A program made the translations under genes and the position numbers. Below are positions 46,850-64,000 of a stretch of 64,000 nucleotides of DNA, in pieces (position 1 is the first letter of the stretch; each line of letters opens with the position of its first letter). The notes under the pieces are model-generated. The model saw nothing but the letters and a program-made list of their open reading frames with translations, was not told where the DNA came from and searched no databases. Location: assembly GCA_963693365.1 (NCBI GenBank), contig CAVNZM010000007.1, forward strand, positions 8,119,962 to 8,183,961, written 5' to 3'. This DNA comes from Amoebidium appalachense (Eukaryota > Protista > Ichthyosporea).

Positions 46850-49044
46850 CCCAATATCCCCTTCGCCCCGGCCCCCCTCTCCTCCCCCCCCCGCACTCTC
46901 CGTGCAAAGAGCTCTGTTTGATCAGATTCTTTACTACCACATTCTCATTCCTTCCACCCTCCTAAGCCCCCCCCCACCCTACACCCCCCCCCCCCCAAAA
47001 AAAAAAAAAAAAAAAAAAAAAACACACACAATATGCACCGATCTGCGTTGTAAGAAAGTGGTTTCCCGGGTGGGTGGGTGGGGAAGGGGCCGGGGGGGGG
47101 GGGGGGGGGGGGAAGGGGGAGGTTTCTGATGTGCGACTGAAGTGGGAAAGCGGAAAACGGCCTTGACAACCAGTCCGGTTACTGCTACCTCCTCACCTCC
47201 CCTCCCCCCCCCCTCCCTTCCCCCCTGGGCGCCAGCTCCGAGCTTGGCGACAGCAGTAAAGTTACAGTAGTCTACTGTGCCACACTTTCTACATTGGCAT
47301 ACAAAACCTCTCTCCCACCCAAAGAACAAACGACCCTAAGGACAAACAGGTCTCCCAAGTTCTGATATCCAGCCCTTTAATGAACTGCTGCCCCCTGCCC
47401 TCCCTGTCCCCAACCCCTCCCCCCTTCCGAACCCCCCTCCGCCCCTCCAAAAAAACCCGTGCCCCCCAATCTCTGCTCAGATCAAAGAGCCAAGCAGCAA
47501 ATACACACTAGCAAGATGAAGAAGCCCCGAACTCCAGTAGAGACATATCAGCCTTTCACCCGGTCCGGGAAAGGGGGGGGGGGGGGGGGGAGGGGGAGGA
47601 GGCAAAATCTTGGGGGGAACAAGCAGACTGGGATATATAGGCCTCGACAAAGTTTACAACCCTAACGTGGTGTGGTATGCGGTTGGGGTTGCGGTTGAGA
47701 GGCGAGGGGGGAAAGGGGCTTATCACCTGTCTTTGGCACCAATGCAACAACAAAACACAAAACGTAATATGCAAGCAAAAGGGGAGGCGCAGGGACGGCC
47801 GGGGGGAAGGGGGGGGGGGGGGGGGGGAGGGGGGGGGGGGGGCGGGTACCAGTCGTCGTCGGTACCAAGGCGACCCTCGCCCTTATCATAGAAGTTCTTA
47901 GCATCCGTGGCCACAACGCCCTCATTGATTTCCCCAGACTGGTCCCTGTTGGCTGCCAGGATGGCCAGCAGGCACTTGCGGAAACCACCGCTGGTGTCGT
48001 CGGACACATCCTCAGTCATGTCGTGGCCGAACTTGGCCTTGTATGATGCCTTGGCCTGTGGTGGTGGTGGTGGGGGGAAAGGGGGAGGGGGGTGGGGGGG
48101 GGGGGGGGATGAGGGGGGGTGAGGCGGGGTAAGAAGAATGGAAGCGGACTCGAGGAATCAGTGAGACAAAACGTTCGGTTGGTGTTTATGACTGTCCACG
48201 GTTTGAGCTTTACAACTGGATTAGAGTGGTTGTCTAGAAGGGATAAGGGGAGGATGGGGGCCGATAGCATGGAGTGTGTAATGACGAGTAGGGGCTTAGC
48301 AGCCATGCACAGAGGTGGGGGGGGAGGAGGGAGGAGGGGAGAGGGGGGGAGGGGGAGAAGGCCCTGGTGGAGCGGAAGGGGGGAGGGGGGTTGGGCAGGG
48401 GGGTAGCAAAGCAGCTGGGGGATACTGGGGAGGCCCGTGCAGGACCATTGTAGGGCTTCGTGCTGTTTTATACAACGAAAAACTGTGTACTGTACACAGC
48501 ATCATACCATGCTCCTCCAAGATGAGCAAGACATGTCAGTGAAGCAGCAGAAGAGATCATGGCATTATGCTGGAGTTATGGAGATCCTAGCTAAGCGCAC
48601 ATGCATGCCAAACGCAGTGATTATACAGACTGAAAATATTGGGAGCACAAAGGCATGAATCTCCTAGCATGACGTGACAACATTCTACACAGATCGACAT
48701 ACCTGCTCAAGCTCGAAGTTGTTCTCAAACGACAAGCAGTCGATCAGTGCCTGATCGGCAGTGCCCGGGCCCGCAACAGCCCAGTGTACCTCGTTGGCGA
48801 GATAGTCAGCCGTTGACTGCATCAAAGCCACCATGAGGTTCTTGATATCGAACGAGGTGTCATCGGCAATGTGGGAGGCCACATCCCGGCCATGCTTCTT
48901 CTGGTAGGCATCACGGATCTGAAGACGCTCGCTGTATGAAACGCGGCAGCAGATTTCGATCAGCTTGTCCTCGTTGGTGCCCAACCCCGAGATAGCGTTA
49001 TAGATGGCGTTGACGGCATCGTCAATGTAGCTGGCGGGCGCCAT
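45747..49044 (-). CDS. Annexin (four repeats, very short N-terminus), 4 exons
   Basis: Exons 49044-48703, 48055-47850, 46673-46517, 45968-45747. Endonexin motifs GLGTNE, GPGTAD, GRLGTDD, GMGTCD, with acidic caps DDTS, DDTSG, EEFNG, ADTSG. Confidence 0.95.
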
Positions 49045-49379
49045 TTTTTCTGTTACTCCGAAGAGAAAAACTGGGATAACGGGATACGAAGCGTAGAGGT
49101 GTAGCCAAGACTTGAAGTTCACACTCTAGTTGCCGCTCATGACTCGCAGTCGACTTGAATGAATGTAGAAAAGAATTTCTGAATGTTTTATAGGGCCTTT
49201 TGTACAATTGGTGATTGGTTGCTTGGAGCGGCAGTACGATCATCAAAAAAGTTTTTATTCTCTTATAGATTCATTACTTTATATCTCTCATAAAAAGACA
49301 TAAATTTATAAGAAGACGAATTATTAGTTTTAAAATCAGTAGGTGGTTTTAAGTTTATGATGTGAGCGTGGTTTGAGTG

Positions 49380-49700
49380 CAGGGGTGTGGCAGAACCTCA
49401 ACGACTTGACTTGACTGATAGTTATAATTGTTTGCTTGGTTTGATGACTTGACTTGACTTGAAGTCGCGACCTGGAGAATGCTATTTTTAGTTACTCCTC
49501 CGGCCCACCAGTGGCCGGCTGGGCCATGGGCGGGCGCTGCGCCCCCCCTTCCCACCCACCCCCCTATTCTTCCCCGCCCCAGGCCCCCCTCCCCCCTTCA
49601 AGTCACTCCCATGTCAGGCCTCTTGGCTTGACTTGACTTGGTTGAAGTCAGGGTGCTTGGACTTCAAGTCGCGACTTGAAGTCAAGTCGCCACACCCCTG
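49380..49700. mobile_element. 321-bp MITE (hAT- or P-like termini)
   Basis: Perfect 12-bp TIR CAGGGGTGTGGC / GCCACACCCCTG. Direct repeat TTGAGTG at 49373-49379 and 49701-49707. Many internal GACTT/AAGTC repeats. Confidence 0.88.
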
Positions 49701-50129
49701 TTGAGTGGCCCTTTGTGTACACCAATCAGCGCTTTGCAAAGGGTTCATGTTTCCAAATACTTTTGATGGCAACGTTACACCTCTGAGATTTATAGCTACT
49801 CCAGCCTTGCGCTCGGTGTGTGCGCCTTTTGAAAAATAAAATGATGGTGTGCTTGCTTATTTCTGATGCCACTTCTATACGGGATGGAAACGTTTACAAA
49901 ACTACAGTAAACCGCCTACCGGGATTCAGATCCGGGCCAAGCCGAGCCTCCAGACCTGATTGCGATTCGAGTTCCGGTTTGATCTCTCTTGACCCGAATC
50001 GTTCGATTTTTTGACGTGACGAGCACACATGATCTGCCCGATGCACGTGGGCAGAAGCTCAAACACACTCACCGTGACACAAAGGCACACACACGCACCG
50101 TATCTGTTCTCTTGGAGTCTAAAGTGAAA

Positions 50130-52020
50130 ATGGTAAGTTTAGACACACCTTCACGGCACTATTACCTCTGTTTTATTAGGCTGTGCTGCTTAAACCGCAC
50201 CGTTAACTCCCTAAATACTTTTTTCCACATGTTGCTAGCACCACTTGGCTTAGACCTGCTTTTGGGTTAAACCCCTAAAGTACTAGGCATTTACGGCGAC
50301 CATGCGTGCACATACAGCGCTGTTGCGTGTTCACCCCCTCACACACGTAACAAACAGATGCAAGCACGGGACCTAGGCACGCACTTTCATGCATGAACGA
50401 ACACCCAAGAGCAAGCAACTTTGAGCCAAGAAGATTCAGAGCGTTACACGTTATCTTCGTTTATTTGTTAAGTTCAGGTCACCGTTTATGAGCAAGTAAC
50501 TGCAGAGCAGGTGTTATAATAGCAGCTAGACACGCACGAACTTGCTTCTATATGCGTCAGTTAGCATGGGTACATTCATACTACACCATAACGAGCCCAT
50601 GAACACGGCCACCATGCCAGCACGCAAAAAAGAAAGTTGGACAGTTACGTGCGCAGGGCACAGCATAGCTGCGTAAACTCACAGTTAGTGTACACGCACA
50701 CAGCGAAAAGTTGGCCCTTGGCAGAACAACTATCGTGCTTGCGCACCTACAGGCATTACCTAAACGGAGTAAGGACATGGGCACACAACATACTGAGAGG
50801 GGAGAGGGACGTGCTTGAAGCTTAGGACATGGCCCTTTTTGCCCCTAAACTTTTTAAACCATGCAAGAAAACACACCCGCTCAATCACTTTCTAAGCTCA
50901 CCAGTTCTCACTCACTCCACCTTCACCCCCTCCCCATCCTCCCGAACCCCTCGACTCCCTCTACCCGCTTACACACACTCTCCTCTCCATGCCCTCCTTC
51001 TCACAAAACCTTCTCCCCACGCAGGCCGAAGTCAACCCCAAGGCGTACCCCCTGGCCGATGCCCAGCTGACGGTTCAGATTCTGGACCTGATCCAGCAGG
51101 CCAACAACTACAAGCAGTTGCGCAAGGGCGCAAACGAGGCCACCAAGTGCCTCAACCGTGGTATTGCCGAGTTTATCATTATGGCTGCCGACACTGAGCC
51201 CCTTGAGATTCTTCTGCATCTGCCCCTGCTCTGTGAAGATAAGGTTGGTGCCCTTTTCTCTCTCTCTATCAAGCCTGCGCTGGAGGTGCTCTGTGTGGTC
51301 TTCCTTTTTTTTTAAAAGAGTGTGCTGCCCTCGATTTTTTCGGTGTGTGGGGTTGTATGTTCTTTGGTGTTCCATGTTTACTGTCTTCTTCCTGTTTCCG
51401 TCTTGTGTGCTTCGCGGATGGGGAGGCACCTACAACACACACACACACACACACACCACTTTATTTTCTGCTTCGTTGTGTAGCGGTGCGTATTTTCATT
51501 ATTGGTTTGCTCGAGGTTTTTTCCTCCCCCACTGAGAAAGCAGTTGTCCAAAGAGGTACGAAAGTGAAAGCAAGATTTAAACTTCATATACCAAACACAC
51601 ACACACTACCATAACCTCAACCACCCCCCGCACACATACTGGGAAACAAGGGTGAGGTCGATGAGCTGTTTTACTTCGTTTTTGGTGTTTGTGTGTGTGG
51701 GAGAAGGGGAGGGGGGGGGGGGGGGGATGACGGGATCCGGGAAGAATGGGATGTGTGGTGTTGGTGCATGTACATGTTTGGCGCGAGTATTACACGTGCT
51801 GACTTGACCTGCTCCCTATTTCTCTTCTCCTTCCCACCACACACACACACACACACCACAGAACGTGCCGTACGTGTTTGTGCCGTCCATGTCTGCGCTT
51901 GGCCGTGCCTGCGGCATCTCCCGGTCTGTGATTGCCGCCGCTGTGACGGTCAAGGAGGGCTCACAGCTCAGCTCCCAGATCCAGCAGACGAAGCTCTCCA
52001 TCGAGAAGCTTCTGTTCTAA
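50130..52020 (+). CDS. SNU13: SNU13 / NHP2L1 (15.5K) K-turn-binding protein of U4 snRNP and box C/D snoRNPs
   Basis: ATG-only exon 50130-50132 (ATG|GTAAGT; inferred), exon 51025-51243 ([12 protein letters not shown]...[43 protein letters not shown]), exon 51862-52020 ([28 protein letters not shown]...IEKLLF*). Confidence 0.95.
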
Positions 52021-52885
52021 AAATACCCATCCCGTGTTGTATCGAGAACCGTGGCACGCAGCGTGTTTGGTCTTTACGAAACTGTTTTCCGGGGTTTTTA
52101 TACTTTTCCGGAATCGATGGGTTGAGACCTGCATCGCGGCTTGCTGGGTGTTCTGCGCGCGCTCGGCTTCGAGGGTGACATGAATCCTGATTGGATGATC
52201 CCGCTAAAGCTTATTTTGTAGATCTGTGGATTTGGGGTGGGGGCTACACTTTTACCATCTGGTTTCGGGGGGGGGGGGGGGGTTGTAAATTGTGAATTTG
52301 AGAGATGTGTCTAATCAATAATGGACGTGCCTGGGCTGTGCTTAGGCTGAGGTAGTCGCAGACATCACAAAAAAATGTTGATAGTTTTGAATCGTTGTAT
52401 TTTTAGCCTAACCTCCGGGCCGGGTGTGTGATTGTGTAGTAAGGGGGTGTTTCTGGAATGGGTTAATCTGTATGTGGTTGCAAAGCTATGTGAGGTCACG
52501 CACGACTGATGGCTCCGTTGTATTGTTACTGTACACAGGACTTGCTCTGGAAACATCTCTCCCACCCCTCGCAGAATGTGGAGGGACATTAAAGAAATGA
52601 AATTATGATAAGGCAAAAGCTTTGCCTCAAGTACGTGTGTGTCTGTGTGTGACACTGGATGTAGACGGGTGTGTTGTCTGTGTGTGCGTAGGCTAAGCTT
52701 GTGCATGTGTGTGTGTAACGATCACTATGTGTTGATGTGTGCGCGTGATACTGTGTGTGATGATGACTCGCGTGCACGTAAATGCGGGCGTGGTGGTGGT
52801 GCTGGGGGGGGGGGGGGGGTTGTATGTACGCCCGCTTAGCCTTACCTTCATCTCCCCTTCCCTCCCTCTCCAAGTGGGCGCCAGG

Positions 52886-52919
<34 letters not shown>

Positions 52920-53218
52920 CCCTCCTTTCCCCCCAAAGTTTAACTTCTTTGCTATCCACACTGTGACAAACACACACACACACACAACGTTACACTAAAT
53001 CCTAGTCAACACCTAGTCCGCGCGCACAGTCACATTACCCCCCCCACCTTCCTGAAGGCACACTGCTCCCGTCTCCCCATCTCCCGCTCCTGCTCCCCTC
53101 CCTCACCACCACCAACATTTACCGCCAAGGCCACCACCTTTGCCTCAATCCCCGTGTGCAAAGGTTGCACTTCGGCTTCTGCCCCCCTCCCCCCTCCCGA
53201 TCCTCCCCCAATTATCCT

Positions 53219-53254
<36 letters not shown>

Positions 53255-53327
53255 CCCCCGCTCTTATTCCCTGCCCGCCTTGCTCCCCCCCCCCCCCCAA
53301 CCGCTTCACCTCCACCACCACACCAAC

Positions 53328-53375
<48 letters not shown>

Positions 53376-53544
53376 TGCCCCCTTTCCTCCTCCCCCGCCC
53401 CACACTGCACTGCACTCCGTTCAAAATCCGGCAACCGCAATATCCTATTTCATCTGCTTTACTGCAGATGTTAGGTGTGGCTAAGCTGAATTTTGATATT
53501 CTTTTCCAAATTGTCTATGTATTCCAGAAAGTTTGTATGGTATT

Positions 53545-53736
53545 GCGCTGCCCTCACACGTACTGACGGTGTGCACGCGCTGCGATGAACTTTACGTTCG
53601 CTGCAGGCCGATTTTTCCTTACACTCTCGCGACCGCGTGCATGCTTTCTGTCGCGGCGCCTCGACGGTTCGATAGGGTCCAGTGTTCGCTGAATGTGTAA
53701 GGAAAAATAAGGAGCCATCTCAGTAGGTGGCAGTGC
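53545..53736. repeat. Imperfect fold-back (inverted repeat) in the SNU13-peptidase spacer
   Basis: Perfect 14-bp IR ATTTTTCCTTACAC (53611-53624) / GTGTAAGGAAAAAT (53695-53708). Inner CGCGAC/GTCGCG; outer TACTGA/TCAGTA and GCGCTGCC/GGCAGTGC. Confidence 0.5.
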
Positions 53737-53921
53737 GCTGCCAGTAATCGGGGCCTATTTGCTTGCCACTGGCTTCATTTCTTTGAATATGTCGTTAGTA
53801 GCACAGTTCATTTCCCCCCCCTTTTTTAAGCGTAACTTACCCTCTCCCTGTCTCTCTGGAGTGCGAAGTTCTGCCAAAAGACATTTCTCGAGCTCTCTAC
53901 CTCTTACTCACACCCACACAC

Positions 53922-53982
<61 letters not shown>

Positions 53983-54841
53983 TTCAGTGCCCTAGCCCCA
54001 CAAACAGCAAACCCCCCCCCCCCCCCCCTCCCCCGGGCGTACGTGCGAGTGCCCGCGCGCGCACTCACACACGTGCGCGCGCGCACACACACGTGCACAC
54101 ACACACGCGCGCGCGCTTGTGGATCTGAGCCCCCGGCAGTGTTTTTTTTTTTGTTTGTTTATTACAAAAGTGATGACCATCAGTTTGCATGGTTTTCTAG
54201 TTCCACCCCTGGGCTGCCCTCCTTCATTTTCCAGGGTTTCATTTAGACCTACTACTTATTATGGATCCCTGGTTGTAATTCTTGTTCCCAACATGTCATG
54301 TACCCCCCCCCCCCCCCCCCCCCCCCCCCCACCACCACCCAAAAAAAAAAGAAAACACCCCACACACCCACGCACCCACGCACCCACGCACCCACGTAAG
54401 GAAAGAAGAAGCTTCAAGGAGCAGAAGAGTTGCACGGGCATGGATGGGGGCACTATCACCATCTTACAGCAACGCCATTTCCAATTCAACACCCAAACAG
54501 TGCGTCGGCAATATGTTCTGAAATTTCAGCAAATAACACTCGATTGACCTTCGGTTCCAACTTCGCCATCTTTCTTCGCAATACAGTCAGATGCATTCGA
54601 ATATTAGGAGAGAGAGCCTGATTAAAACAACACCAGAAAACGGGGATAGAGAAATAAAGCACAACACCACATTCAAAGAGCATACTTAAATCACCTCCCT
54701 ACGAGCAAGTGTGCATACACTTCACATATCCAGCCCACACTGTCGCACAAACCAAAAATAAAACACAAAAACGACGACGAAAACAACATTAACAACAACA
54801 ATACTATTAATAAAACAAGTTGAAATTTAATATAACAAGGG

Positions 54842-64000
<9,159 letters not shown>

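Noticed and set aside
49400-49690. Short spaced GACTT repeats as a CRISPR-like array
   Set aside because: The units are 5 bp, lie inside a TIR/TSD-bounded MITE, and have no spacers of regular length; the context is eukaryotic.
50133-51861. Box C/D snoRNA expected in SNU13 introns
   Set aside because: No convincing RTGATGA...CTGA pair with a terminal stem was seen.
53692-53712. TGTGTAAGGAAAAATAA resembling the U12 snRNA branch-point-binding region
   Set aside because: It lacks the U12 5' GCCTTAAAC stem and a recognisable Sm site, and is better explained as an arm of a local inverted repeat.

Overview
Eukaryotic genomic DNA, most likely from a unicellular holozoan (ichthyosporean/filasterean/choanoflagellate-like). 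This is inferred from a receptor tyrosine kinase with a non-animal ectodomain and an animal-like MAF1. Introns and spacers are saturated with poly-G/poly-C and (CA)n/(GT)n/(GA)n tracts, so most of the supplied ORFs are low-complexity artefacts. Spliced genes reconstructed by hand: MAF1 (+), a glutathione S-transferase (-), PIG-F/GPI11 (+), a 19-exon receptor tyrosine kinase (-) with Pmp-type beta-helix repeats, Cys-rich repeats and a ~210-aa kinase insert, an annexin (-), SNU13 (+), and the 3' part of a HEXXH-type DPP III/NUDT3-like metallopeptidase (-). Mobile DNA: a piggyBac-family element whose transposase has an N-terminal Tudor-like segment, a 321-bp MITE with a 7-bp TSD, a poly(A) retroposon with a 15-bp TSD plus a diverged neighbour, a four-copy structured repeat that always ends at a poly-C tract, and a 30-bp perfect-hairpin micro-insertion with a 9-bp TSD nested in one of those copies. 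Exon coordinates were read by eye and may be off by a few bases. No database searches were run.
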